The notes under the pieces: model-generated
Databases searched by the model: none
What the model was told of the DNA's origin: nothing
Seen by the model: only the letters and a program-made list of their open reading frames with translations
Assembly: GCA_964581405.1 (NCBI GenBank)
Contig: CAZOOL010000001.1
Span: 1-41,150 of the forward strand
Source: an uncultured Oscillospiraceae bacterium
Lineage (GTDB): Bacteria; Bacillota; Clostridia; Oscillospirales; Ruminococcaceae
Length of the DNA stretch: 41,150 nt
Direction: 5' to 3'
Part shown: one piece after another, positions 19,870 through 30,084 of the stretch
Position numbering within the stretch: the stretch's first letter is position 1
How the letters are laid out: each line of letters starts with the position of its first letter
Made by a program: the position numbers and the translations under genes

Positions 19870-20613
19870 ATGGCAACACCCCATATCAACGCAACACCCG
19901 AGGATTTCGCAAAAACCGTTCTTATGCCCGGAGATCCTCTTCGTTCAAAATTTATCGCAGAAACCTATCTTGAAAACGCAAAGCTTGTCAATAACGTCCG
20001 CGGTGCACAGGGCTATACCGGCACATATAAGGGCGTTCCGGTAACCGTTATGGCAAGCGGAATGGGTATGCCTTCCATGGCGCTTTACAGCTATGAGCTT
20101 TTCAATTTCTTCGGAGTTGAAAACATCATCCGTATCGGTTCCGCGGGCGCAATCGTTCCTTACGTCAATATGAGAAGCGTTGTAATCGCACAGGGCGCCT
20201 GCTATGAATCCTCTTATCCGAACAACTTCGGACTTCCGGGTTCTTTTGCGCCTATTTCCGACTTCGGACTTCTTTCTGCCTGTGTCGAAACCGCAAAAGA
20301 AAAAGGCGTCGATTATAACGTCGGCAACCTTGTTTCTTCCGATGTTTTCTATAACGATGAGCTTGCGGAAAAATGCGCCGGAATGACTGTTGCGGAGCGT
20401 TGGGCAAAGATGGGCGTTCTCGCCTGCGAAATGGAATCCGCCGCACTCTTTATGAATGCCGCAAGAGCAGGAAAGAAAGCTCTTTCCGTTTGCACAATTT
20501 CCGACAGCCTTGTTACCGGCGAAGCCATTTCTTCTGAAGAAAGACAGACTTCCTTCCATGAAATGATTACTCTTGTTCTCGATACTGTTGTGAAAATCAG
20601 CAAAAAGGATTAA
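19870..20613 (+). CDS. deoD: purine nucleoside phosphorylase, DeoD type
   Basis: MATPHINATPEDFAKTVLMPGDPLRSKFIAE...YKGVPVTVMASGMGMPS...CEMESAALF. ATG 19870 follows AAGGAGG. Confidence 0.93.
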   Translation: MATPHINATPEDFAKTVLMPGDPLRSKFIAETYLENAKLVNNVRGAQGYTGTYKGVPVTVMASGMGMPSMALYSYELFNFFGVENIIRIGSAGAIVPYVNMRSVVIAQGACYESSYPNNFGLPGSFAPISDFGLLSACVETAKEKGVDYNVGNLVSSDVFYNDELAEKCAGMTVAERWAKMGVLACEMESAALFMNAARAGKKALSVCTISDSLVTGEAISSEERQTSFHEMITLVLDTVVKISKKD

Positions 20614-20642
20614 TAAATTAGCAGGGGAAGGGTGTTAAAAAT

Positions 20643-21260
20643 ATGTTTGTTATTGGTATTGCCGGCGGAACCGGAAGCGGAAAAACCACTTTTACCGATA
20701 CTCTGGTCGAAATGTTCCGTGATGACGTGACCGTTATCCATCACGACAATTATTATAATGTTCTTGACCATCTTACTTATGAGGAAAGATGCAAGGTGAA
20801 CTATGACCATCCGGATTCTTTTGAAACGAAGCTCATGGTCGAAAACATCAAAAAGCTTAAAAACGGAGAAAGCATCGAAGAACCGGTTTATGATTTTACC
20901 GTTCATAACAGAGATAAAACAAAAACCATAACCCTTGAACCGACTAAAATTCTTATCATTGACGGAATCCTTGTTCTTGAAAACAAAGAACTTTGTGACC
21001 TTATGGATCTTAAAATATTTGTCGATACCGATGCGGATATCCGCCTCGGAAGAAGAATTCTCCGCGATATGACCGAGAGGGGAAGAAGCATCGAGTCCGT
21101 TCTTAACCAGTATCAGGCAACCGTTAAGCCGATGCACGAAAAATACGTTGAACCGAGCAAGAAAAATGCGGATATTGTGATATTGGAAGGCGGAAAGAAC
21201 AAGGCCGCGATAGATCTTTTTGCGGGATATATCCGTGAATTTCTTAAAAAAGAGGATTGA
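20643..21260 (+). CDS. udk: uridine kinase
   Basis: IGIAGGTGSGKTT...NYDHPDSFE...ILIIDGIL...DTDADIRLGRRILRD. Confidence 0.93.
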   Translation: MFVIGIAGGTGSGKTTFTDTLVEMFRDDVTVIHHDNYYNVLDHLTYEERCKVNYDHPDSFETKLMVENIKKLKNGESIEEPVYDFTVHNRDKTKTITLEPTKILIIDGILVLENKELCDLMDLKIFVDTDADIRLGRRILRDMTERGRSIESVLNQYQATVKPMHEKYVEPSKKNADIVILEGGKNKAAIDLFAGYIREFLKKED

Positions 21261-21265
21261 TTTTT

Positions 21266-21294
21266 AAAAAACGCACCTTTTGGTGCGTTTTTTA
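21266..21294 (+). terminator. rho-independent terminator
   Basis: acgcacc-tttt-ggtgcgt + tttttt. Confidence 0.75.
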
Positions 21295-21408
21295 ATACGA
21301 AAATTGCAAAATTTTTCCGTTAAATTTTAAATTCACTTGAACTATTTTTGGATATGTGGTATATTTAAATCACTGTGAAAAAAATTTACACAGGGGAGGA
21401 AAATTAAA

Positions 21409-22521
21409 ATGAAAAAAATTATTGCACTTGTTCTTGCAATGGTAATGATGCTCTCTTTCGCAGCTTGCAGCAACGATGCTGACAACGAAAACGCTGGAGC
21501 ATATTCCGTAGCAATGGTTACCGACTACGGCGACATCACCGACCAGTCCTTCAACCAGACCACTTATGAAGCATGCAAAGAGTTCTGTGAAGCAGAGGGT
21601 GTTAAATTCTCTTACTTCAAACCCGCAACCGACTCTGACGAAGACCGTATCGCACAGATCGAAAACGCAATCGACAGCGGTTACAACGTAATCGTACTTC
21701 CTGGTTATGCATTTGCAAACGCAATCATCGGAACTGCAGACAACTATCCTGAAGTAAAATTCGTAGCACTTGACGTTGCTGAATATGACCTTACCTCTGG
21801 CGGCTGGACTGTTCCTGAAAACGTTTATTCCGCTGTTTATCAGGAAGAGCTCTGCGGCTACATGGCTGGCTATGCAGCAGTAAAACTCGGTTACACCGAA
21901 CTCGGCTACCTCGGCGGTATGGCTGTTCCTGCAGTTATCCGTTTTGGTAACGGCTTCCTTCAGGGCGTTGACGCAGCAGCAGCAGAAATCGGTGCTGACG
22001 TAAACGTTAAATGGGCATACGGCAACCAGTTCTACGGCGACGCAGACATCACTGCAGCTATGGATACCTGGTACAGCGCAGGCACTGAACTCGTATTCGC
22101 ATGCGGCGGCGGTATCTACACTTCCGTTGCAGAAGCAGCAGCAAAAGTTAACGGCAAAGTTATCGGCGTTGACGTTGACCAGGCTGGCATCATCGACTCC
22201 GAGTACGGCGAAGGCATGACTGTAACTTCCGCAATGAAAGGCCTTGGAGCAACCGTTAAAACCATGCTCGCAAAAATCCTTGCAGGCGAATTCGAAGGCG
22301 GCCAGATCGAAACTCTCGGTCTCGTTTCCGAAAATCCCGAAGAGAACTATGTACAGATCGCTCCTTCCACTCAGTTTGCTGATGGCTTCACCGAGGACGA
22401 CTACAAAGCACTTGTAAAAGCAATGCTTAACGGCGATATTGTTGTAAGCAACGACATCACCCTTACTCCTGCAGATCTTGCAACCGTTGTAACTGTTGAA
22501 GATCTTGGTAACATCAAATAA
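21409..22521 (+). CDS. BMP-family (PnrA/Med-like) nucleoside-binding ABC lipoprotein
   Basis: Lipobox LSFAACSN. VAMVTDYGDITDQSFNQ is the BMP family signature. Confidence 0.9.
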   Translation: MKKIIALVLAMVMMLSFAACSNDADNENAGAYSVAMVTDYGDITDQSFNQTTYEACKEFCEAEGVKFSYFKPATDSDEDRIAQIENAIDSGYNVIVLPGYAFANAIIGTADNYPEVKFVALDVAEYDLTSGGWTVPENVYSAVYQEELCGYMAGYAAVKLGYTELGYLGGMAVPAVIRFGNGFLQGVDAAAAEIGADVNVKWAYGNQFYGDADITAAMDTWYSAGTELVFACGGGIYTSVAEAAAKVNGKVIGVDVDQAGIIDSEYGEGMTVTSAMKGLGATVKTMLAKILAGEFEGGQIETLGLVSENPEENYVQIAPSTQFADGFTEDDYKALVKAMLNGDIVVSNDITLTPADLATVVTVEDLGNIK

Positions 22522-22541
22522 TTTTTAATCACAGTGTAAAA

Positions 22542-22571
22542 AGGACAGGCTTTTATGCCTGTTCTTTTTTA
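22542..22571 (+). terminator. rho-independent terminator after the SBP gene
   Basis: ggacaggc-ttttat-gcctgttc + tttttt. Confidence 0.6.
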
Positions 22572-22671
22572 TTTTAAATTATAAATATTATCTAAAATTT
22601 TGCTTGTAATTAATCGATTTATGTAGTATTATGATAATAAGTAATTGTTACAAATAGGAGGGACGGTAGAG

Positions 22672-24210
22672 TTGGAGAATCAGTATGCAATAGAGATGCT
22701 TCATATTACCAAAAAGTTTCCCGGCATAATCGCCAACGATGACGTGACCATTCAGCTTAAAAAAGGCGAAATTCACGCTCTTCTCGGTGAAAACGGCGCC
22801 GGTAAATCCACTTTGATGAGTGTTTTGTTCGGTCTTTATCAGGCTGAAGAAGGCATCATCAAAAAGGATGGTATAGAAGTAAAAATCAATAACCCCAACG
22901 ACGCGAATGACCTTGGAATCGGAATGGTTCATCAGCACTTCAAGCTTGTTGAATGTTTCACGGTTCTCGATAATATTATCATGGGTGTTGAACCGAATAA
23001 ATTCGGTTTCCTTCAAAAGAAAGAGGCGAGGGAAAAGGTCCTTGCGCTTTCTGAAAAATACGGTCTTCACGTTGACCCCGATGCCTATATCGAGGATATC
23101 ACCGTAGGTATGCAGCAGCGTACCGAAATTCTTAAAATGCTCTATCGTGAAAATGAGATACTCATTTTCGATGAACCTACAGCGGTTCTTACTCCTCAGG
23201 AAATAGAAGAGCTTATGCAGATCATGAAGAACCTTGCAAAGGAAGGAAAATCCATCCTCTTCATTTCTCATAAACTTAACGAGATCAAAGCTGTTGCCGA
23301 CCGCTGCAGCGTTCTCAGAAAGGGCAAATACATAGGAACCGTTGATACCAAGGACGCAACCATCGAGGAGCTTTCTGCGATGATGGTTGGACATGACGTT
23401 AACCTTCACGTCAAAAAAGACGAATGCAAACCCGGCGAAGTTATCCTTGATATCGAGAATATGACCGTTGCTTCCAAAATGCATAAAAACAACGCAGTCA
23501 AAAACGTTTCTCTCAAAGTCAGACGCGGCGAGGTTGTCTGCATCGCGGGTATCGACGGAAACGGCCAGACTGAATTCGTTCACGGTCTTACGGGTCTTGA
23601 GCCCCTCGTTTCCGGTAAAGTTACTCTTTGCGGAAAAGATATCACCAAACTTCCTATCCGTAAGAAACTTACTTCCGGTATGAGCCATATTCCGGAGGAC
23701 AGACATAAACACGGTCTTGTTCTTGATTATTCCCTCGAGGACAACTGTGTTCTCCAGCGTTATTATGAACCGGAATTCACCGATAAATTCGGTTTCCTCC
23801 GCAGAGATAACATCAGAAAATATTCCGAAAAGCTTATCGAGCAGTATGACGTTCGTTCCGGACAGGGCCCGGTTACTATTGCGAGAAGCATGTCCGGCGG
23901 TAACCAGCAGAAAGCAATCGTTGCCCGTGAGATCGACAAGAACCCCGAGCTTCTTATTGCGGTTCAGCCTACCCGCGGACTTGACGTCGGCGCAATCGAA
24001 TATATCCATAAACAGATCGTCGCACAGAGAGATCAGGGAAAAGGCGTTCTTCTTGTTTCCCTTGAACTTGAAGAGGTTATGGACGTTTCCGACCGCATCC
24101 TTGTAATGTATGAGGGCGAAATCGTCGGTGAGCTTGATCCCAAAACTACCACCGAAGAAGAACTCGGTCTTTATATGGCCGGCGCAAAGAGAGATGAGGT
24201 GAAAGCATGA
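22672..24210 (+). CDS. ABC transporter ATP-binding protein with duplicated ATPase domains (nucleoside/sugar CUT2 type)
   Basis: GENGAGKST in the first half and a second ABC signature (SGGNQQK) in the second half. The start is uncertain: TTG 22672 lies 10 nt after AGGAGG, and ATG 22696 is an alternative. Confidence 0.88.
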   Translation: MENQYAIEMLHITKKFPGIIANDDVTIQLKKGEIHALLGENGAGKSTLMSVLFGLYQAEEGIIKKDGIEVKINNPNDANDLGIGMVHQHFKLVECFTVLDNIIMGVEPNKFGFLQKKEAREKVLALSEKYGLHVDPDAYIEDITVGMQQRTEILKMLYRENEILIFDEPTAVLTPQEIEELMQIMKNLAKEGKSILFISHKLNEIKAVADRCSVLRKGKYIGTVDTKDATIEELSAMMVGHDVNLHVKKDECKPGEVILDIENMTVASKMHKNNAVKNVSLKVRRGEVVCIAGIDGNGQTEFVHGLTGLEPLVSGKVTLCGKDITKLPIRKKLTSGMSHIPEDRHKHGLVLDYSLEDNCVLQRYYEPEFTDKFGFLRRDNIRKYSEKLIEQYDVRSGQGPVTIARSMSGGNQQKAIVAREIDKNPELLIAVQPTRGLDVGAIEYIHKQIVAQRDQGKGVLLVSLELEEVMDVSDRILVMYEGEIVGELDPKTTTEEELGLYMAGAKRDEVKA

Positions 24211-25343
24211 CCAAGAAAATTTTGAGAAATGAAGCCGTACAGTCGCTGTTGGCTTCTCTTATCTGCATCGTCCTCGGCGTTCTCATCGGATACATCGTTC
24301 TTCTGTTTATCAATCCCGCCGGTGCAGGCGAGGCGATCATGGAAGTTCTCAAAAACTTCCTCCATTATTCCAAAGCAAATCTCCAGATTAAAAACTTCGG
24401 TAACACCCTTGTAAAAACAGCACCGCTTCTTATGTGTTCTCTGTCTATCCTTTTTGCATATAAAGTAGGTCTTTTCAACATCGGTGCCGCAGGTCAATAT
24501 TGTGTTGGTATATGCGCAAGCCTTTACTGCGCTCTTGCATTCGGCTTTGGTTGGTTGCCTTGCATGATTATCGCGGCAGTTTGCGGTGCACTTTACGGCG
24601 CAATCGTGGGTCTTCTTAAATCCTATTGCAACGTTAACGAGGTTATTTCCGGTATTATGCTCAACTGGATCGCTCTTTATACCACGAACATGGTACTTTC
24701 TACTGTAAAAGAAACCACAAGCCCCTATACTTTGCACCTCAACACCAATGGTGTTCAGGCAATGCTTCCCGGTCTTGGAATGGACAAAATCTTTGCAGGA
24801 AACACCTATGTTACGATAGCTCTTCCGCTTTCTGTTCTTACTGCAGTTCTTATTCATGTTCTTCTCGAAAAAACCAAATTCGGTTTTGAACTCAAAGCAA
24901 CCGGTTTTAATAAAAATGCAGCAAAATATTGCGGTATGGCAGAGAAAAGAAACATCATCGTAACCCTTATGATTTCCGGTGCAATCGCAGCTCTCGGTGC
25001 ATCTTTTATGTACCTTACCGACTATGAACAGTGGATGTGCACTTCCTCCGCTGTTCCTGCAATGGGCTTCAACGGAATCGCAGCAGCATTCCTTGGCGGT
25101 CTTAACCCCATCGGAACCATTTTCTCCTCCTACTTTATTCAGCATATCACCAACGGCGGTGCATATGTTGACAAAACCCTTTACTGCTCGCAGATTTCCG
25201 ACCTTATTTCCTCCCTTATCATTTACCTTTGCGGATTTGTATTCTTCATTAAATTCGCGCTGAACAAATACCTTGATAAATCCGATGAAAAGAAAGCTCT
25301 CAAGGCAAAAGCTGCCGAAACTGAGAAAGGAGGCGATAAATAA
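24207..25343 (+). CDS. ABC transporter permease (CUT2 family)
   Basis: Multi-TM protein. ATGA overlap with the ATPase gene. Confidence 0.85.
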   Translation: MTKKILRNEAVQSLLASLICIVLGVLIGYIVLLFINPAGAGEAIMEVLKNFLHYSKANLQIKNFGNTLVKTAPLLMCSLSILFAYKVGLFNIGAAGQYCVGICASLYCALAFGFGWLPCMIIAAVCGALYGAIVGLLKSYCNVNEVISGIMLNWIALYTTNMVLSTVKETTSPYTLHLNTNGVQAMLPGLGMDKIFAGNTYVTIALPLSVLTAVLIHVLLEKTKFGFELKATGFNKNAAKYCGMAEKRNIIVTLMISGAIAALGASFMYLTDYEQWMCTSSAVPAMGFNGIAAAFLGGLNPIGTIFSSYFIQHITNGGAYVDKTLYCSQISDLISSLIIYLCGFVFFIKFALNKYLDKSDEKKALKAKAAETEKGGDK

Positions 25344-26284
25344 TGTTATTGCTCATTCAGTACACATTGATTTTCGCTTCTGTTCTTCTTCTCGTTGCGC
25401 TCGGCGGATGCTTTGCGGAACATTCCGGTGTTATCAACCTCGGTCTTGAAGGTATCATGGTAATCGGTGCCCTCGGCGGCGCACTCATGATGAGATTTGC
25501 TCCGGACGGTATGGGCGCATTTCCGCTCATCATGCTTGTTCTTATTGCGGCAGTCGTATTCGGAACAGCTTATTCCGCGCTTCTCGGCGTTGCCTGCATA
25601 AACTTCAAGGCTAACCAGACTATCGTAGGTACCGCTCTTAATATGCTTGGTACTGCGGCGGCAACCGTTATGGTAAAAGCTATCAACACTGCTGCAAACC
25701 CCAATGACGTTTCCTCCACTATTTCGTACGTTGATGAGAAAAAAGCTTTTATTGTCAATATCGGCGGATTTGAGTTCAACTGGTTCATGTTTATTGCTGT
25801 TATCGCACTTGTTGTTGCCTATGTAACTCTTTACAAAACCAAATTCGGACTTCGCCTTATGGCTTGCGGCGAGCACCCCCAGGCGGCGGACAGCGTTGGT
25901 ATCAACGTTTATAAAATGCGGTGGGCAGGCGTTCTTATTTCCGGCGTTTACGGCGGTCTCGGCGGTATCTGCTATATCCTTTCCGGCGTTTCCGAATGGA
26001 AATTTGAAAACGGTGTTGCGGGCTTTGGTTTCCTTGCGCTTGCGGTTATGATCTTTGGTCAGTGGAAACCTTCCAGAATCGCCATGGCGGCTCTTATCTT
26101 TGGTTTCTTCCGTGCGCTTTCCAATGTTTACTTCGGATTCGAATTCCTCGTATCCCTCAGCATTCCCGGTTCTGTTTACAATATGCTGCCTTATATCATC
26201 TGCCTTATCGTTCTTGCTTTCACTTCCAAGAAATCCAGAGCACCTAAAGCAGAGGGTATTCCTTACGACAAAGGACAGAGATAA
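25343..26284 (+). CDS. ABC transporter permease (CUT2 family)
   Basis: Multi-TM protein. TAATG overlap with the previous permease gene. Confidence 0.85.
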   Translation: MLLLIQYTLIFASVLLLVALGGCFAEHSGVINLGLEGIMVIGALGGALMMRFAPDGMGAFPLIMLVLIAAVVFGTAYSALLGVACINFKANQTIVGTALNMLGTAAATVMVKAINTAANPNDVSSTISYVDEKKAFIVNIGGFEFNWFMFIAVIALVVAYVTLYKTKFGLRLMACGEHPQAADSVGINVYKMRWAGVLISGVYGGLGGICYILSGVSEWKFENGVAGFGFLALAVMIFGQWKPSRIAMAALIFGFFRALSNVYFGFEFLVSLSIPGSVYNMLPYIICLIVLAFTSKKSRAPKAEGIPYDKGQR

Positions 26285-26298
26285 TTATCTTATAAGAG

Positions 26299-26336
26299 AA
26301 ACAGCCGTAAAGCTTTTGAGCTTTACGGCTGTTTTG
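26299..26336. terminator. bidirectional rho-independent terminator
   Basis: 13-bp stem cagccgtaaagc-ttttga-gctttacggctg + tttt. Confidence 0.8.
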
Positions 26337-26338
26337 CG

Positions 26339-26941
26339 TTATTTTCTTGGAGTAAAAGCCGGATTGAAAGCGTAAAAATTCTTGTGGTTGAGTCCGTCAA
26401 GAACATGCTCGAGGCTTTCACCGAAACGCTGATAGTGGACTATTTCCCGTTCGCGGAGGAATTTTATCGCTTCGCGCACGTCGGGATCATCCGCAAGCAA
26501 AAGAATGTTGTCATAGGTTATGCGTGCTTTTTGTTCCGCCGCAAGGTCCTCGTGGAGGTCTGCGATGGGGTCGCCGGTGGACTGGAAGGTAGAGGCGCTG
26601 AAGGGCACTCCGCTGGCATCAACGGGATATATTCCGGTGGTATGGTCGGCAAAATAGGGAGCAAAGCCGCTATCCTCAATTTCGGACATGGAAAGGTTGC
26701 GGGTAAGCTGGTGAACGATGGCGCTTATCATTTCCATATGTCCCAGTTCTTCCGTTCCTATATCCGTTAGGGTCGCTTTTACTTTATCGTTCGGCATGGC
26801 GTAGCGTTGGGAAAGATATCTCATCGCCGCGCCGGTTTCACCGTCCGGACCGCCAAGCTGGGTGATGATTATTTTTGCCATGGCCGGGTCGGATTTGGCG
26901 ATTTTTACAGGACGCTGAAGCTTCTTTTCATATATCCACAT
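26339..26941 (-). CDS. cotJC: spore coat protein CotJC (manganese-catalase-like)
   Basis: GGPDGETGAAMRYLSQRY...TEELGHMEMI... Confidence 0.9.
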   Translation of the reverse strand: MWIYEKKLQRPVKIAKSDPAMAKIIITQLGGPDGETGAAMRYLSQRYAMPNDKVKATLTDIGTEELGHMEMISAIVHQLTRNLSMSEIEDSGFAPYFADHTTGIYPVDASGVPFSASTFQSTGDPIADLHEDLAAEQKARITYDNILLLADDPDVREAIKFLREREIVHYQRFGESLEHVLDGLNHKNFYAFNPAFTPRK

Positions 26942-26944
26942 ATA

Positions 26945-27199
26945 TCAGCCCTCCTCGTATTCCCAGGGCCAGGGACCTTCGGTCCACTGCCAGGTGTTCT
27001 GTCCGTCGTAATCCTGATGCCGGAGCATTCCGAATTTTTGCGCGTATTCCTCCGCGGCGTTTTTCCTCATTTCCTGATGCTTTTTGAAGAAAGCGAGCGC
27101 TTCGGCGCAATCGGGGTGGGTATCAAGAAAAAGCGCCGTTTCGGTAAGAATAAAATCACAGGTCATTATCCTTGAAAGCAGGGTTTTTTGTTCGTTCAT
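26945..27199 (-). CDS. cotJB: spore coat protein CotJB
   Basis: DFILTETALFLDTHPDCAEALAFF... Confidence 0.85.
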   Translation of the reverse strand: MNEQKTLLSRIMTCDFILTETALFLDTHPDCAEALAFFKKHQEMRKNAAEEYAQKFGMLRHQDYDGQNTWQWTEGPWPWEYEEG

Positions 27200-27381
27200 C
27201 TTGCGTCCTCCTTTCGGCCAAGAAAGGGAAGATCGAGAGCAGGGAAAAGGGTGCCCCTTGCGAGAGCGGTGGCGCCGTCATAGACCGAGCACCAGGGCTG
27301 GATCGGTACCCTCGCCATAGCAAGCACCCCTTCGGTTCCTTCACAGGCAAATACAGGGGGCATAGTGCCGTTGTTTTCCAT
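27196..27381 (-). CDS. cotJA: spore coat-associated protein CotJA
   Basis: LAMARVPIQPW...ALARGTLFPALDLPF. ATG 27381 is preferred to the longer track ORF. Confidence 0.8.
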   Translation of the reverse strand: MENNGTMPPVFACEGTEGVLAMARVPIQPWCSVYDGATALARGTLFPALDLPFLGRKEDAR

Positions 27382-27614
27382 ATTATCATTCTCCAAATCA
27401 AAATTGCACATCGATTTATGTGCAGTCCATATTATGTTACGGATTAAAGTACGGGTACAAAGTTGAAATATTGGGAAATATTTTTAAAAATATCAAAAAA
27501 AGAGCGTTAAAAAATAATTTTTTTGAAAAATGATATTGCAAATTTAAATATTATAATTATAATATATAATATATAAAAGCGTAAAAAACTATTTACTTCA
27601 TGGAGGAAACTGAC

Positions 27615-27857
27615 ATGCCTGAGATCACTTATAAAATTACCGAAGAATGCGGCGTTATTTCCGAAAACTCCCGCGGCTGGACCAAAGAACTCAACCTCGT
27701 AAGCTGGAATGACCGTCCCGCAAAATACGACATCCGCGAATGGGCTCCCGACCACAGCAGAATGGCAAAAGGTCTTACCTTTACCGCTGAAGAGCTCGGC
27801 GAGCTTCGCAGACTTCTCGAAAACCTCGATCTTCCCACCGAAGATCTTCCGGACTGA
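27615..27857 (+). CDS. YdbC/PC4-like small ssDNA-binding-fold protein (by recollection)
   Basis: SENSRGWTKELNLVSWNDRPAKYDIREWAPDH resembles the YdbC family. ATG 27615 lies 6 nt after GGAGGAA. Confidence 0.6.
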   Translation: MPEITYKITEECGVISENSRGWTKELNLVSWNDRPAKYDIREWAPDHSRMAKGLTFTAEELGELRRLLENLDLPTEDLPD

Positions 27858-27917
27858 TAAGATCCGGCGGCAAGCATAAGAGATTTGTCCAATAACGGGC
27901 ATTTCCACCGATTAGTC

Positions 27918-27942
27918 AAAAACGGGGAACTGTCCGTTTTTT
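27918..27942 (+). terminator. weak rho-independent terminator
   Basis: aaacggg-gaactg-tccgttt + ttt. Confidence 0.45.
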
Positions 27943-27992
27943 ATGTTCATTTATTCCGGGAATCTATCCCATAAGGAAGGAAGAATAAAAAC

Positions 27993-29819
27993 TTGATTCG
28001 TGAAGATTTAAGAAACGTTGCAATTATTGCCCACGTTGACCACGGCAAAACCACTATCGTAGATGAAATGCTCAAACAGAGCGGAACTTTCCGTGATAAT
28101 CAGGTCGTTGAGGACCGCGTTATGGACTCCGGCGACCTTGAACGCGAAAGAGGCATCACCATTCTTGCAACAAACACTTCCGTTCATTACAACGGAGTTA
28201 AAATCAATATCATTGATACTCCCGGACATGCTGACTTCGGCGGCGAGGTTGAGCGCGTTCTTAAAATGGTTGACGGCGTTATCCTTCTTGTTGACGCAGC
28301 GGAAGGCCCGATGCCCCAGACCAGATTCGTTCTTCAGCGCGCGCTCGAGCTCAACCATCCTGTAATCGTTGTTGTCAATAAAGTTGATAAACCCGACGCA
28401 AGACTTGATGAAATCGGCGATGAAGTCCTTGAACTTCTCCTTGACCTTGATGCTTCCGAAGAACAGCTCGAAAGCCCGATGCTTTTCTGTTCCGGAAGAG
28501 AAGGCACCGCTTCCTTTGACCCCTATACCAGAGGCAAGGACCTCAAACCTCTTTTTGATACGATCCTTGAGCATATTCCTGCACCGGAAGGCGATGACGA
28601 AGGTCCTCTCCAGATGCTTGTTTCCTCTATCGACTATAATGAATACGTCGGCAGAATCGGCATCGGCAGAGTCGAACGCGGAAAAATCACCCCCAACAGA
28701 GATATTGTCGTTACCGATTATCACGGCGAAAAAGCTGACTATAAAGCGAGAATCGCAACCCTCTATCAGATTGAGGGACTTGGAAAAGAACCCTGCGAAA
28801 ACGCCAGCGTCGGCGATATCGTATGTGTTTCCGGTGTTTCCGATATTTACATCGGCGATACCGTTTGCGCTCCGGAAGCTGTTGAGGCGCTTCCTTTTGT
28901 AAAAATCAGCGAACCGACCGTTGAAATGACCTTCTGCGTAAACGACAGCCCTTTTGCCGGAAGAGAAGGCAAATATGTTACCAGCCGTCAGCTTCGTGAC
29001 AGACTTTACAGGGAGCTCCTCAAGGACGTTTCTCTCCGCGTTTCCGATACAGATACCACCGATAAATTTTCCGTATGCGGAAGGGGAGAGATGCACCTTT
29101 CCATTCTTATCGAAACCATGCGCCGCGAAGGATACGAGTTCGCCGTTTCCACTCCGAAGGTTCTTTACAAAACCATCAACGGAAAGCTTCATGAGCCGAT
29201 TGAGCTTCTTTCCATTGACGTTCCCGAGGACTGCGTCGGAAACATCATGTCCGCAATGGGCAACAGAAAAGGCGAGCTTACAAAAATGGCGCCCTTCGGC
29301 AGCCGTATGCGCCTTGAATTCAGAATTCCTTCCAGAGGTCTTTTCGGTTACAGAAACGAATTTATGACCGATACCAAGGGCGAGGGCATTATGAGCGCGG
29401 TTTTTGACGGCTATGAGCCTTATAAAGGCGATATCCAGCGCAGAGCGACCGGAAGCCTTATTTCCTTTGAAACCGGCGAATCCATCACCTACGGTCTTTT
29501 CAACGCTCAGGAGCGCGGTCAGCTCTTTATCGGACCCGGTGTTCCGGTTTATGAAGGCATGGTTGTCGGTGCTTCTCCCAAGGCGGAAGACATTGCCGTT
29601 AACGTCTGCAAGACTAAACACCTCACCAACACCCGTGCATCCGGTTCCGACGATGCGCTCAGACTTGTTCCCTATAAGAGAATGAGCCTTGAAGCTTCCA
29701 TTGAATTCCTCAAAGACGATGAGCTTCTCGAGGTAACTCCGAAGAACATCAGAATCCGTAAAAAGATTCTTGATAACAATATGAGAATGAAAGCACGTTT
29801 TAAGAAAAACGTTGACTGA
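27993..29819 (+). CDS. typA: translational GTPase TypA/BipA
   Basis: [16 protein letters not shown]...[14 protein letters not shown]...NKVD. TTG start. Confidence 0.95.
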   Translation: MIREDLRNVAIIAHVDHGKTTIVDEMLKQSGTFRDNQVVEDRVMDSGDLERERGITILATNTSVHYNGVKINIIDTPGHADFGGEVERVLKMVDGVILLVDAAEGPMPQTRFVLQRALELNHPVIVVVNKVDKPDARLDEIGDEVLELLLDLDASEEQLESPMLFCSGREGTASFDPYTRGKDLKPLFDTILEHIPAPEGDDEGPLQMLVSSIDYNEYVGRIGIGRVERGKITPNRDIVVTDYHGEKADYKARIATLYQIEGLGKEPCENASVGDIVCVSGVSDIYIGDTVCAPEAVEALPFVKISEPTVEMTFCVNDSPFAGREGKYVTSRQLRDRLYRELLKDVSLRVSDTDTTDKFSVCGRGEMHLSILIETMRREGYEFAVSTPKVLYKTINGKLHEPIELLSIDVPEDCVGNIMSAMGNRKGELTKMAPFGSRMRLEFRIPSRGLFGYRNEFMTDTKGEGIMSAVFDGYEPYKGDIQRRATGSLISFETGESITYGLFNAQERGQLFIGPGVPVYEGMVVGASPKAEDIAVNVCKTKHLTNTRASGSDDALRLVPYKRMSLEASIEFLKDDELLEVTPKNIRIRKKILDNNMRMKARFKKNVD

Positions 29820-29827
29820 TTCAAAAC

Positions 29828-29857
29828 AAGCTCTCCGAAAAAAGGGGAGCTTTTTTG
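29828..29857 (+). terminator. rho-independent terminator
   Basis: agctctcc-gaaaaaa-ggggagct + tttttt. Confidence 0.65.
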
Positions 29858-29981
29858 TTGTATTTTTTTAAGGGAAAAGTAAACGAAAATACGTCTAAAT
29901 ACTTGTATGAAACGTGGAATATTAATTGATATCACCAAAGCGGTTGACTTTTTTTGCTATATTTTGTATTATATTATATAA

Positions 29982-30073
29982 AGTGACGCGAGGAAGCGGA
30001 CTGTTTTAATATGTATAATTATGATGTGAGGAAGCGTCTTAAACAAACGTTTTGTTTGGGGCGCTCTTTTTTT
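29982..30073 (+). promoter_or_regulatory. candidate ANTAR-responsive attenuator: two GAGGAA-hexaloop hairpins plus an overlapping intrinsic terminator
   Basis: P1 is agt-ga-cgc[GAGGAA]gcg-g-act (29982..30002). P2 is gatgt[GAGGAA]gcgtc (30023..30038). The terminator helix is agcgtcttaaacaaa-cgt-tttgtttggggcgct followed by c+T7 (30033..30073). Its 5' arm reuses the 3' arm of P2. The T-run ends 11 nt before the ATG at 30085. Confidence 0.45.
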
Positions 30074-30084
30074 GCGGAGAACAG

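Noticed and set aside
21373-21393. The near-palindrome ctgtgaaaaaaatttacacag upstream of the BMP-family SBP gene, considered as a cre or CRP-like operator.
   Set aside because: The arms are imperfect, the centre is pure A/T, and there is no central CG as in cre. I cannot support a specific regulator site from the sequence alone.
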